Source of the DNA: a virus
DNA: 64,000 nt
Virus record (IMG/VR): IMGVR_UViG_3300035696_000024
Location: 26,209-90,208 of that record
Direction: 5' to 3' (one strand)
Part shown: positions 9,322 to 19,172 of the stretch, piece after piece
Layout: every line of letters begins with the position of its first letter
Numbering within the stretch: position 1 is the stretch's first letter
Position numbers and translations under genes: made by a program
The notes under the pieces: model-generated
What the model was told of the DNA's origin: nothing
Databases searched by the model: none
The model's input: the letters and a program-made list of their open reading frames with translations, nothing else

Positions 9322-10638
9322 ATGAGTGGATTAGAATTTATTGCGGGTGAAGTCTGTCCAGATGAAGCCAAAAATCATGCATTGGAAGAAAAGAGAAAGC
9401 TGAATGAGACGGCTGGAAAATATGCTAAAAATGATGCGTTTAAGTCCACTTGGGATGGAGAGGTTTTTGATTTCGAAGAAAATAAGAAAAAATTGATTGA
9501 TGATTTGAATTGGTTGAAATCTTTGTCGGTGGAAGAGTTTACCTTCCGTAAAAAATATGAAGAAATTCAACTTATAAACAAAGATATAAGACAATTTGAC
9601 ACCAGAGCAAAAGCTTGTATTTGGGAACCCACCGATATCAATGATGAAGAATTGACTATCAAGGAAATAGAATCCATTCAACCGAGAGTGGTTGTTGTGG
9701 ATTTATCACAAGAAAGATTATGGACTGCATTAAGAATTTATTGCAGCACAGCCGAATATAATCAGGCTCCGGGTAGATTCATAAAGTTTCTAATGATAGA
9801 TGACGTATCAAAAAAAATATTGGGTATAGCTTCGATTGCCAGCGACGTTATTTCCATTGCTGCCAGAGATAAATTCATAGGTTGGACATTAGAGGATAAA
9901 TTAAAGCATAAAATGTTAAAACATTCAGCCATAGGGACTACCATAGTTCCCACACAACCGTTTGGAAGTAATTTTTTGGGTGGTAAACTTATAGCAACGT
10001 TAGTGACTTCTGGTGTTGTTAGAAATGAATGGGAAGACCAAACCAGAGGCGTATCAAACAGTTGTAAATTAGTTGGTATGACTACAACAAGTCTTTATGG
10101 TGGATTTTCCATGTATAACAGTTTGAAATGGTGGAAGTCCGTAGGAATGTCAAAAGGTAAAATTCCAATAAAGCCTTATGAAGAAGCCTACGGCGATTGG
10201 CATGGTTGGTTAAAACAGCACATGAAAGATGAATATGACGAAGCCATGACGCAGAAAGAAGGCATCAGTGGTCCCGTTACAGGCGCAAAAATGAGGGTAT
10301 TATCAATGATATTCAAAGCTTGTCAAATAAAACAATCTGAATATTGTCATGGATATGAACGCGGTGTTTACTATTCTTGTTTTTATGAAAATACCAAAGA
10401 GTTTCTTTGTAGAAAAATTACAGAAGATAAATTGGTAATGAAGTCACTATTTAAAGATGATACAAAAGCTATCATGGATTGGTGGCGTCCAAAAGCTATA
10501 GAAAGATACAAAAGATTAAAATCAGAAGGACGATTGAATCCAGATAAATTGTTTTATAGTGATATGAATGAACGAGACAATCCGGGCATGACCTACAAAA
10601 AAGCTAAAGACTTATTCTTTAATGATGTAGGACGATAA
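9322..10638 (+). CDS. DUF4338 / DruA-like GNAT-fold protein
   Basis: PGRFIKF, LGIASIASDV..IAARDKFIGW, PFGSNFLGGKL, TTTSLYG..SMYN. Confidence 0.7.
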   Translation: MSGLEFIAGEVCPDEAKNHALEEKRKLNETAGKYAKNDAFKSTWDGEVFDFEENKKKLIDDLNWLKSLSVEEFTFRKKYEEIQLINKDIRQFDTRAKACIWEPTDINDEELTIKEIESIQPRVVVVDLSQERLWTALRIYCSTAEYNQAPGRFIKFLMIDDVSKKILGIASIASDVISIAARDKFIGWTLEDKLKHKMLKHSAIGTTIVPTQPFGSNFLGGKLIATLVTSGVVRNEWEDQTRGVSNSCKLVGMTTTSLYGGFSMYNSLKWWKSVGMSKGKIPIKPYEEAYGDWHGWLKQHMKDEYDEAMTQKEGISGPVTGAKMRVLSMIFKACQIKQSEYCHGYERGVYYSCFYENTKEFLCRKITEDKLVMKSLFKDDTKAIMDWWRPKAIERYKRLKSEGRLNPDKLFYSDMNERDNPGMTYKKAKDLFFNDVGR

Positions 10639-10649
10639 TAAGATTAGAC

Positions 10650-10820
10650 ATGGGAAGAACGTATAGAAAAAACGACAGATGGAAGAAAGATCGAAGAGAT
10701 CAAAACTTTAAAAAAAGTAAAAAATTCAAAGACTTCAAACGTGGTGGTTTTACACCGCCTAAACCAGTTTTACCAGAAGTGGTGGAACCAAAAGATTCTA
10801 TAGATGATTCTGATTCTTAA
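10650..10820 (+). CDS. Small basic protein (not in ORF track)
   Basis: MGRTYRKNDRWKKDRRDQNFKKSKKFKDFKRGG...DDSDS, 56 aa, fills the gap between genes. Confidence 0.6.
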   Translation: MGRTYRKNDRWKKDRRDQNFKKSKKFKDFKRGGFTPPKPVLPEVVEPKDSIDDSDS

Positions 10821-11079
10821 AATTTTGGCATGGTTTTTCAGTTATTTTACGATATATCTTTTATTTCGATGGGTGTTCAAAATATCGAAATCTCTCAACG
10901 AAATAAACAAGGATATCAAACGCATCAATACCAATATAAATTCTTTACATCGTAATCAGATGGTGTTATCATCCTCCATTAAAGAATTGTATAGGGAATT
11001 GAAAAAACATGACAAGACTTTCAGACAAAGACAAGTCAGAGTTGACGGAACCAAAAAAGAGGGGCCGGAAGAAACTTGA
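10804..11079 (+). CDS. Membrane-anchored coiled-coil hypothetical protein
   Basis: N-terminal TM segment then heptad helix. Confidence 0.55.
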   Translation: MILILKILAWFFSYFTIYLLFRWVFKISKSLNEINKDIKRINTNINSLHRNQMVLSSSIKELYRELKKHDKTFRQRQVRVDGTKKEGPEET

Positions 11080-11557
11080 AAATCCAACGGTAAAAGGTAT
11101 AGGTTTATTCGACCATGTTAAGCACATTAGGATAACTCAAGACCCTGATTATTTTAAGAATTTGACGGAACTTGATAAGAAGTCATTTAATCATTTTATG
11201 ATACTCAAAGCGCTGAGTATGAATCCTGCGCTTTTAGAAGATGTCTCCACTCTGTTCAGGTATTTTGATAAAATTCCATCCCCACAATTTTATAAACTTC
11301 TTATTGGTTTGATTCCGCCAGACCATCCAAAGAAATTTTATCCTTGGGTCAAAGCAAAGAAAAGCCCATTTAGTAAAAAACTTATTGAATTGATTTCAAC
11401 ATATTTTGAGATTCCTCAAAGAGAAGCTACGGAGTATGCAACGTTATTGTTCTTGACTAATAATGGAAAAAAAGAATTGGAAGATATTTGCAAAGTCTAT
11501 GGGTTGTCAGACAAGGAAATTGAATTCACCATGAAAGGTAATGATGATGAAGAATAA
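11009..11557 (+). CDS. Clamp loader small subunit (T4 gp62-like)
   Basis: FMILKALSM, FYPWVKAKK, LIELISTYFEIPQREATEY pattern; clamp and gp44-like genes present in window. Confidence 0.6.
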   Translation: MTRLSDKDKSELTEPKKRGRKKLENPTVKGIGLFDHVKHIRITQDPDYFKNLTELDKKSFNHFMILKALSMNPALLEDVSTLFRYFDKIPSPQFYKLLIGLIPPDHPKKFYPWVKAKKSPFSKKLIELISTYFEIPQREATEYATLLFLTNNGKKELEDICKVYGLSDKEIEFTMKGNDDEE

Positions 11558-11954
11558 ACCATTGGCGCCCGATACATCGTCAGTATTTGTGGTAAAAGAT
11601 TCTGGTCAAAGACAGGAGTTTGTAACGGGAGCTCAAAGAGATACCCAAGAAGGAAAAGGAAGATTTGATCTTCTTCCTGTTCATGCTATCACCAGACTTG
11701 CTCAACATTTTGAAAATGGGGCCAAAAAATACAATGATAATAATTGGAGAAAGGGAATTCCATTGAATCGTTATTTAGATTCTGCGTGTCGTCATTTGTT
11801 TAAATTTATGGATGGCGAAAGAGATGAAGACCATGCAATAGCTGCTGCGTGGAATATTCTTTGCCTTGTGGAAACAGAACATATGATTAATCAAGGTATT
11901 CTTCCAAAAGAATTGGACACTCTTAGAAAAGCGCCGGAACCAAAAAAGGATTAA
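11541..11954 (+). CDS. dATP/dGTP diphosphohydrolase (DUF5664-type)
   Basis: GKGRFDLLP, GAKKYNDNNWRKG, YLDSACRHL, EDHAIAAAWN. Confidence 0.8.
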   Translation: MMMKNKPLAPDTSSVFVVKDSGQRQEFVTGAQRDTQEGKGRFDLLPVHAITRLAQHFENGAKKYNDNNWRKGIPLNRYLDSACRHLFKFMDGERDEDHAIAAAWNILCLVETEHMINQGILPKELDTLRKAPEPKKD

Positions 11955-11995
11955 AATATTTTTTAGTTCTTGATAGACAGTATTTATGGAGAGAT

Positions 11996-12748
11996 ATGTC
12001 TATTGCTATGTCCTTTTTTGATATTGAAATAAAAACCAGTTCATCTGTTTATTTGGCGGAATGTTCATCGCCAGCACAAAACAAAATATTCAGAGACACT
12101 ATTAATAATTTCCATAGTTATGTTAAATATACAGATTCGCCAACACGAAATCTTAGATGGTTGGTTTATGAAACCGTTTCAGGAAATCAAATAGGTGCAA
12201 TAGGATTATCTTCCGCTACAATCGCTGTAGCCGTTAGAGACAAATTTATAGGTTGGGACAATCCGACCAAAATAAAAAATCTGTGTCATTTAGCAAATAA
12301 TTCCCGATTTTGTCTGGCTCAACCAAGAATTTCCATAAAAAATGCAGCATCATCAACTCTCAAGCAACTTCGCATAGTGGGTGCTAAGCGATGGAAGGAA
12401 AAATATGGTGATGACCTTGTTTTATTGGAAACGTTCGTTCAGCCTGAAAGAGACGAAGAATACAATAATTATAAACTACGATGTGGCGCGTGTTACAAAG
12501 CCGACAATTGGATATTCGTGGGCGAAACTCAAGGCAATCATATCCGTAAAACACCTATGCGTCTTTGGGCGAAAGAAGATGGTGAAAGAGGTAGATTGGC
12601 TAGGGAAGACCCGGAAGAGTGTTTAAAGAGGTATGCTGGATATTTGGGAGAACATTCAGGTTCAGGTTATAATGTTACCAAAGTGGCTAAAAAAATTATG
12701 TTTGTAAAGCCCCTAGTCAAAGATTGGAAGGAGAAACTGATACAATGA
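11996..12748 (+). CDS. DUF4338 / DruA-like GNAT-fold protein
   Basis: FHSY, GAIGLSSA..AVAVRDKFIGW, LANNSRF, LLETFV, CYKADNWIFVGETQG; TATTTATG at 11981. Confidence 0.75.
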   Translation: MSIAMSFFDIEIKTSSSVYLAECSSPAQNKIFRDTINNFHSYVKYTDSPTRNLRWLVYETVSGNQIGAIGLSSATIAVAVRDKFIGWDNPTKIKNLCHLANNSRFCLAQPRISIKNAASSTLKQLRIVGAKRWKEKYGDDLVLLETFVQPERDEEYNNYKLRCGACYKADNWIFVGETQGNHIRKTPMRLWAKEDGERGRLAREDPEECLKRYAGYLGEHSGSGYNVTKVAKKIMFVKPLVKDWKEKLIQ

Positions 12749-13623
12749 AAATTTTATTATTTGGCAGCAACGGATATATTGGTTCTGAATTTGTTAGTCA
12801 ACTTCTTCAGTTAACCAATATCAAACTTATAAGATTGTTACCTTCAAGACATGCTGATGGTGGTAGCTATCTATTCAAAGAGTTGGATGGTCTTATAAAA
12901 GGAATTAAGCCTTCTGTTATCATCAATTGCGCAGCTTACGTTGGTGGTAACTCCATAGTAAATTGTGAAAATCATAAAGACCAAGCTATTCAGTCAAATG
13001 TTATCTTTCCACGGATGTTGGGAGAAATTTGTCAGGAAAGAAAAATCATTTTTGGTCATTTGTCATCAGGATGTGTTTTTAATGGGTATCCTACTGGTGG
13101 ATATGAAGAGGATGATGTAAGAAATATGACGTTTGATTCCAAATGCAGTTTTTACACTGGTACTAAAGCAATGGCTGAAGATTGCTTAAATGACTTGGAA
13201 AAGAAATATATTTGGAGAATCAGAATACCATTTGATGAAATTGATCATCCTAGAAATTATTTGACCAAATTGATGCAGTTTGATAAATTAGTCGTAGCAA
13301 GTAATTCTATTTCCAATAGAAAAGAATTGGTGACTGCATGCATAGAATGTATTATGAAAGCAGTTCCATTTGGAATTTATCACGTCACAAATCCCGGTGG
13401 AATTCGCACCGATGAAATAACAGCAATGATGAGAAATATTTTGAAAATTGACAAGGATTTTCAATATTTTGAAAGCATCGAAGCATTTGATAAAATAAGT
13501 ACAACACCAAGGTCAAATACCATTTTAAATACGGAGAAATTGGGTAGGGCAGGAATTGTGATGACACCTGTTCATGAATCTGTGGAAAAGGCCCTTAAAC
13601 AGTGGAAATGGGCTACCGCGTAA
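12745..13623 (+). CDS. NDP-sugar reductase/epimerase (RmlD-like, extended SDR)
   Basis: GSNGYIG Rossmann motif, INCAA, SSGCVF, YTGTK; start moved to ATG 12745. Confidence 0.8.
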   Translation: MKILLFGSNGYIGSEFVSQLLQLTNIKLIRLLPSRHADGGSYLFKELDGLIKGIKPSVIINCAAYVGGNSIVNCENHKDQAIQSNVIFPRMLGEICQERKIIFGHLSSGCVFNGYPTGGYEEDDVRNMTFDSKCSFYTGTKAMAEDCLNDLEKKYIWRIRIPFDEIDHPRNYLTKLMQFDKLVVASNSISNRKELVTACIECIMKAVPFGIYHVTNPGGIRTDEITAMMRNILKIDKDFQYFESIEAFDKISTTPRSNTILNTEKLGRAGIVMTPVHESVEKALKQWKWATA

Positions 13624-13900
13624 TCGAAGCAATCATCTGATTGTTAAGATAAAATTGCATACGGTTATCATTTGATTTTGACAACAACAAATACGAAAAA
13701 TTTTGTGCCCTTGATGCAAAAGCTACATAATGTTGTTTGCATTGATTTAATTTTGCTTGTTTTGCCTGTGGCGGGTCACATGCGCACATGCGAACCAAAA
13801 TATCCATACAAGTAACCAAATTTTGAGCTTCTGGACATATTCCTACAATTCCATTGCCAACCAAAAAATGATATAAATCGTTTGGACTATTTATGTTCAT
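13613..13900 (-). CDS. Cys-containing hypothetical protein
   Basis: 95 aa, coupled to 13897..14289. Confidence 0.6.
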   Translation of the reverse strand: MNINSPNDLYHFLVGNGIVGICPEAQNLVTCMDILVRMCACDPPQAKQAKLNQCKQHYVAFASRAQNFSYLLLSKSNDNRMQFYLNNQMIASITR

Positions 13901-14289
13901 GATGACAGTTTATTCAATGAAATTATAAGTCCGTAAAATGTCAATGATAAAACACATACGGTTGGTATAAACAACAAATTTAACCAGCTTGATGACATAA
14001 CGGAAATGAATATACAGGATAATATTGACAACCACACAGACAAGCATAGAGGACATCCTAAAAGTTTGGTAATAAAATTGTGATGATATTTTTCTTTCAA
14101 AAATTCTGGGTAACTAAGAGTAAAAGAAATCCCCTTTATTGCCATTTCAAGTCGTTTATCATAAAATTCGTCAATCTTTAAAAATTTGGACAAGCCAAAC
14201 AATGAACCCCACGCAATAACTGCATCTGATTTAAACCAAATCAGCATTATAAGTGTTACAAAACTTGCTAAAAGAAACAATTCTGTCAT
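13897..14289 (-). CDS. Membrane protein with CPxC motif (DUF1360-like)
   Basis: Multiple TM segments, LLGCPLCLSVWLS; TATTTATT at 14293-14300. Confidence 0.6.
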   Translation of the reverse strand: MTELFLLASFVTLIMLIWFKSDAVIAWGSLFGLSKFLKIDEFYDKRLEMAIKGISFTLSYPEFLKEKYHHNFITKLLGCPLCLSVWLSILSCIFISVMSSSWLNLLFIPTVCVLSLTFYGLIISLNKLSS

Positions 14290-14301
14290 ATTAATAAATA
14301 G

Positions 14302-15636
14302 TTATGACTTATGAAGATTGTTCATTAAAGGATTTATAAGTTGGTTTTGATAATATGGGTCATCTAAGTGTATTAGATGAGGTTCATAGGTATTTAATTT
14401 TTTTATTTCAATGTTGAAAATATTAAATTTCATATTTCCTATTTCTCCACTGTCACTTAATACATCTGATAAAATATATAAAAAATTCATATTTTCTATA
14501 GATTTCTTAGATAATTCTTCTATGCCATATTTTTTTGAATCCAATGGGCCTGTGAAATCAGAAAATTTAAATTTTACTATAATATCATTTGTTTGTTCTT
14601 CGTTTATATTTTTTATTTTTTTATTTAAATCAAAGTCCGTATTTTTTTGTTCTGAATTTATATATTTTTTTACAATATATTGCGGCAAATCTGTGTAAAG
14701 ATTGGAAGATAAAGATTCAATTAATGGCAATGTATGTATAATAAACCATTCATTCAATTCTTCTTTTATGTTTAATATATCTAGTTCATTTTTTAAGAAA
14801 ATATTGTCATCATCAAAATTTGTAACGATACCTATATCATATTTTTTACTAATTATGGGATACGAAAATGAATTATTTTTTGGAGACGTACCCCATTTTC
14901 TGAGGAAATTTTTAAAAGATTTAAGTTGATGAATTTTGAACTCTTGAGTATCTACATTAACTCTTCCTGTCGTCCATCTATGTGACCTACTTGCCCAATG
15001 ATAACAAAAACTATCGCGACTTTGAATAATATTGTAGCCTGCTAAACACAATCTGTTTATAAAATCTGAATCTTCTGCAGGAAATGGTCTGAATAAAGGG
15101 TCCATGCCTCCCATTTCAATATATTCATCACGATACATCGCCCAAGGGGCAAAAAAGCCCTTAGTAATTTGATTTTTAAATTCTAATTCTTTCTCTTCAA
15201 CAAATTTTAAAAACTCTTTCTGCTTAAATTCTTCAATATATATTCCAAAATTTTGTAATATTTTTGCATCATCTGATGGATAGAGGGGAGGTTCTATTCT
15301 AGTTCCACTTACAATCGCTTTGGGTTTTATGTGTTTTAGAATATTTGATATAAAATTTGGAGTACATACCATATCTGAATGGAAGATACATATTATAGGT
15401 TTGGTAGCAAGTTTTGCACCTATATTATATGTTATTGTGTGACCTAATTGTTTTTCTGTATTATACCATTTTATAAGATTATCATCATTTAGTGATTCCA
15501 TCCATTGTATAGTTCCATCACTACTAGCATCATCCAACATTACTATTTCTATAGTAGGATTATATCGTCTGATACTTTTATATGCTAGTTTAGTGTATTG
15601 TAGGGTGTTTCTTGTAGTTAAAATAATACTTATCAT
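14302..15636 (-). CDS. Glycosyltransferase family 2
   Basis: ISIIL, LDDASSDGT, FHSDM, GGMD..F...EDSD. Confidence 0.85.
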   Translation of the reverse strand: MISIILTTRNTLQYTKLAYKSIRRYNPTIEIVMLDDASSDGTIQWMESLNDDNLIKWYNTEKQLGHTITYNIGAKLATKPIICIFHSDMVCTPNFISNILKHIKPKAIVSGTRIEPPLYPSDDAKILQNFGIYIEEFKQKEFLKFVEEKELEFKNQITKGFFAPWAMYRDEYIEMGGMDPLFRPFPAEDSDFINRLCLAGYNIIQSRDSFCYHWASRSHRWTTGRVNVDTQEFKIHQLKSFKNFLRKWGTSPKNNSFSYPIISKKYDIGIVTNFDDDNIFLKNELDILNIKEELNEWFIIHTLPLIESLSSNLYTDLPQYIVKKYINSEQKNTDFDLNKKIKNINEEQTNDIIVKFKFSDFTGPLDSKKYGIEELSKKSIENMNFLYILSDVLSDSGEIGNMKFNIFNIEIKKLNTYEPHLIHLDDPYYQNQLINPLMNNLHKS

Positions 15637-16361
15637 AAAATTTCAATGGATTTTGATTTTCCATTATAGATAATAACTTTGCAAATTAAAAGTTTTTTTA
15701 TTTCATTTAATCTTCTTATATCTTTTTCTCTTAAATTCCCATTTATATCATAATGATGGGGTTCGTTATATTCAAATATGGTATTTTTTCCTTTGTCATA
15801 ACCATCCAACCAATAATTTAATTCTTCAATGTAATATTCACCGCCATTTTCTGCATGTTGAAAATTATATCCATTTTGTTTGTTATACGTGTCTATAAAC
15901 TTACAAGCAATAGGATTATAAAATGGTTTGTTATCATAAATACCTAATTTTTTCTTTCTTTCTATAGCTAATTTTCTCCATAATTTTATTGTTTCTGTAG
16001 AATGTTTTCTACCTGTATTAACTTTAATAGATAATTCCCCAAGTTTCTTTTTTGTTTCTTGTGAATGGTGCTTCCCATAAAACGGGTTTAGATGTCCACT
16101 TTTACCATACATCGGATTATTTTTACCTACAAATAACGCAGATAGCTTTTTTCTAGTTTCATTTGATATTATTCTATTTTTTGCTATAAATGATAATCGT
16201 GTTTTTTCTTTAGGATTATTAGCTCTGATTTTGGTTTTGCAACTTTTACATAAACTTTTGTTTTTCAAAGCTCGACACAAACCACTTCTATAAGAGTATT
16301 TTAGTCTTTTCCTGCATTTAGGACATTTTCTTATCCATTTATTATGTGTTGAGATTTGCAT
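15633..16361 (-). CDS. Free-standing homing endonuclease, NUMOD3 repeats plus Vsr/EDxHD-like domain
   Basis: CPKC..CKSC; NPMYGK, NPFYGKHHSQETKKKL, GRKHSTET; YWLDGYD...FEYNEPHH. Confidence 0.75.
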   Translation of the reverse strand: MQISTHNKWIRKCPKCRKRLKYSYRSGLCRALKNKSLCKSCKTKIRANNPKEKTRLSFIAKNRIISNETRKKLSALFVGKNNPMYGKSGHLNPFYGKHHSQETKKKLGELSIKVNTGRKHSTETIKLWRKLAIERKKKLGIYDNKPFYNPIACKFIDTYNKQNGYNFQHAENGGEYYIEELNYWLDGYDKGKNTIFEYNEPHHYDINGNLREKDIRRLNEIKKLLICKVIIYNGKSKSIEIL

Positions 16362-17251
16362 TTTTCTGAAAACTTGATAATTTCTTGCTGATATGACTTA
16401 GCTGCATTGGCAGCAAATTCTTTGTTTTTGTATAAATTAAATGATATGTGGTTGAGATAAACATGATGTAATTCAAACATGTAACTTTGAGTGACAACCA
16501 AGTTTTTTACAATATATTGTTGAATGTTCATGTTGAAATTTTTCATTATTTTACATGCATCAACAACGAAGGTATCATCCAATCCATAGGGACCAAATGA
16601 ATCGGGTATATCAGTGTATGCTAATAACTTCGATGACAACATATTGAACCATCCACCACCCATTTTAAAGGTATCTATTGGAACCACTTCTATATCGCCA
16701 TAATCTCGTGTAAAGACTTCAAATTGGTCTGTGCAATACAAGTCTTCATGTTTAAGGTGACGATAAGATTCATTGACCAATACATCCCAAGAAGCATCCC
16801 AAAGCATTGTAGATTGTGGTGATATGATATAGTAATCTTTTTCCTTTTCTATTATCTTGGCAGATTCTATCATGTATTTTAAAGTGGTATTAGGATAAAA
16901 CATATCATTATCCAAGTAAATAAAATTGTCACAAGATGAAGCATATTTTCTTATGGCTGTTCTTCTTTTATCATCCACACCCAAACATTTATTATCACTA
17001 TCAACATCAAAAAGAATTGTTGCCCATTTATCATTTACAATTTTCGATTTTTCAAATCGGTCAATAAAGTAATGTTTGTCTATTTTACTCTTACTCCAAT
17101 CAATTATTAAATCATTGATGTTTAGGGTAGCATCAATGACTATCTTATCGTCTTTTTCCAAATATTTACTGTTTTTGTGAAGCTCAAACATTTGGTGTTC
17201 AAACCTGTCAATTTCGAACGGTAATACGTGAATTATGATATGTGTTTTCAT
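16331..17251 (-). CDS. Putative glycosyltransferase (GT-A fold)
   Basis: FIYLDND, GGGWF, FGPYGLDDTF; likely start MKTHIII at 17251. Confidence 0.6.
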   Translation of the reverse strand: MKTHIIIHVLPFEIDRFEHQMFELHKNSKYLEKDDKIVIDATLNINDLIIDWSKSKIDKHYFIDRFEKSKIVNDKWATILFDVDSDNKCLGVDDKRRTAIRKYASSCDNFIYLDNDMFYPNTTLKYMIESAKIIEKEKDYYIISPQSTMLWDASWDVLVNESYRHLKHEDLYCTDQFEVFTRDYGDIEVVPIDTFKMGGGWFNMLSSKLLAYTDIPDSFGPYGLDDTFVVDACKIMKNFNMNIQQYIVKNLVVTQSYMFELHHVYLNHISFNLYKNKEFAANAAKSYQQEIIKFSEKCKSQHIING

Positions 17252-18081
17252 TAGATTACTATCCAGCCTTTGCAATACATATCCTTTGTATCATGAGTTA
17301 TTTCTGGCTTAAACCATGTGGAAGGCGCTATAACTTTTTTATTTTTATTGGTGTTTGTCCACGCTGCCCACCAACTGAAACTACTATTTGATATGATGTT
17401 GTGGTGACATTTACCCATGATACACAAATCAACATAATTGGAGTGATTTTCACTAAAAAATACGTTGTCTTCTTTTTGAAATGCATCTTTACACCAACCT
17501 ATATCATCTGAAACAATTAGGAAATTATAATCCTTGTCGGTAAAATAGTTTAATGCTTTGCCTATGTAGTCCAACCCAACCAATGGAAATGTTGGATTGT
17601 AAACATTATCTCCACGTCGCATGTGAATTGCAACAATTTCTTTGTCATTAATTTGACTAATTATATCATTTGCTTCTTTGTCAATGTGTGGTTTGAATTT
17701 AAATTCTTTTAATATTTCTTCCCTGACATCCATGAAATATTTTTCGCTTTGAAAATAACCTTCGATTGATGTTGAATCTTTTACATTGAATACACTTGGG
17801 TCAAAAGTCCACTCACGTTCATTATACACATGTTTTATTTCATTGAGTTCTTCTTCTGAACACTTTTTTGTTCCAAGGTCAAAACAATTATACAAATCCA
17901 ATTTGTATGAAATCCATCTATTATTGGCAAAATCATAACAACCATCTTGTTTGATGGTTTCGTTTTTAGCAGGAAGTTTTACCACATAACCATTCTTTAT
18001 ACCGACAGAAATCAATGTTGCATGTTGGATTATTTGATTGGCTAGCCTACCTGTATAACCTATTGCCTTGTTTGTTATCAT
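17251..18081 (-). CDS. Alpha-1,2-fucosyltransferase (GT11)
   Basis: GRLANQ, GYFQSEKYF, IHMRRGD, IISNSSFSWWAAW. Confidence 0.9.
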   Translation of the reverse strand: MITNKAIGYTGRLANQIIQHATLISVGIKNGYVVKLPAKNETIKQDGCYDFANNRWISYKLDLYNCFDLGTKKCSEEELNEIKHVYNEREWTFDPSVFNVKDSTSIEGYFQSEKYFMDVREEILKEFKFKPHIDKEANDIISQINDKEIVAIHMRRGDNVYNPTFPLVGLDYIGKALNYFTDKDYNFLIVSDDIGWCKDAFQKEDNVFFSENHSNYVDLCIMGKCHHNIISNSSFSWWAAWTNTNKNKKVIAPSTWFKPEITHDTKDMYCKGWIVI

Positions 18082-19172
18082 GCAATAACATATTTAAATC
18101 TATTGTTATAGATTTTCTTTAATTGGTTAATGACAGATTCACAATCTTTTATAGTAACATCATATCCCGCATATACCAACTCTAAAGCAAATTTTAATTG
18201 TTGTGATTCTTCTATTATTGTGGACCCCTTTTTAAATGCAACTCCTTCGACAACAACAGATTCACCAAATTCATGAGATTTTTTAAATTCTGATATTTGA
18301 TTTTTTAAATGGGATTGATTACTTTCGTCGGTTGCTTGGCTTATGTATGGATGTATATTTTTAGAGACACAAAATAATGCAAATGCTTTGTTATCTCTTG
18401 GGAAACAAGGGCCTCCAAAGCCAAAACCGTATTTCAGATATTTACCACCTATTCTCGAATCTTTACCAACAGCATCCAAAATAACGTCGGGATTGCACTT
18501 AGTTTTCGATGCTACATCACCAACCATGTTAGCGTAAGCAATTTTTGTGGTTAGAAAGCAATTCAAAGCTATCTTTGTTATTTCAGCTTCCATTAAAGAC
18601 ATTTTACAAATGGATGGATTATTTTCACATAGTTTTTTGTAAATTTCTTCAATAATATTTTTTGGTTCTTCTGATTCTGAACCTATTAAGACAATATCAG
18701 GATTGCATTGGTCTTTGATGATTGTTCCTTGAGCAATAAATTCAGGATTATAGACAACTTCATAATTGTATTCTTTTATGTATTGTAACGTAGAACAATA
18801 ACCGGGCATGACCGTTGAACTTATCACCAAATATTTTTTGGTTGGTTGTTTGCCCAACGCTCTCAAACTTTTAATAACATCGTCTATGTGAGAATGGTCA
18901 TATCCGCCTTCTTCCAATGAAGGGGTAGCCACAACAATGAATATGAGGTCATTTGTTAAAGCTTTTGATATGTCTGTGGTAGCTATGAAATTTTTAGATG
19001 ATGCCAAGTATTCTTCCACATTTGGTTCATCGGATTTTAATGTTTTATTGTTGATTTGGTCAACATAAGATAAATTGACATCTACTCCGATTACATTGTA
19101 ACCTTTTCGTTCCAAGTTGAGAGCAAAAGACAATCCCAACTTGCCAATTCCTATAATGCTAATGTTATTCAT
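18078..19172 (-). CDS. ugd: UDP-glucose/GDP-mannose 6-dehydrogenase
   Basis: IGIGKLG, VATPS, YNPEFIAQG, GFGFGGPCFPRD. Confidence 0.88.
   Translation of the reverse strand: MNNISIIGIGKLGLSFALNLERKGYNVIGVDVNLSYVDQINNKTLKSDEPNVEEYLASSKNFIATTDISKALTNDLIFIVVATPSLEEGGYDHSHIDDVIKSLRALGKQPTKKYLVISSTVMPGYCSTLQYIKEYNYEVVYNPEFIAQGTIIKDQCNPDIVLIGSESEEPKNIIEEIYKKLCENNPSICKMSLMEAEITKIALNCFLTTKIAYANMVGDVASKTKCNPDVILDAVGKDSRIGGKYLKYGFGFGGPCFPRDNKAFALFCVSKNIHPYISQATDESNQSHLKNQISEFKKSHEFGESVVVEGVAFKKGSTIIEESQQLKFALELVYAGYDVTIKDCESVINQLKKIYNNRFKYVIA

Noticed and set aside
11541-11954. 2-aminoadenine (Z) genome pathway
   Set aside because: No PurZ or DatZ recognisable in this window; DUF5664 alone is insufficient
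9322-12748. Complete Druantia defence system
   Set aside because: Only DruA-like genes; no DruE or other partners in the window
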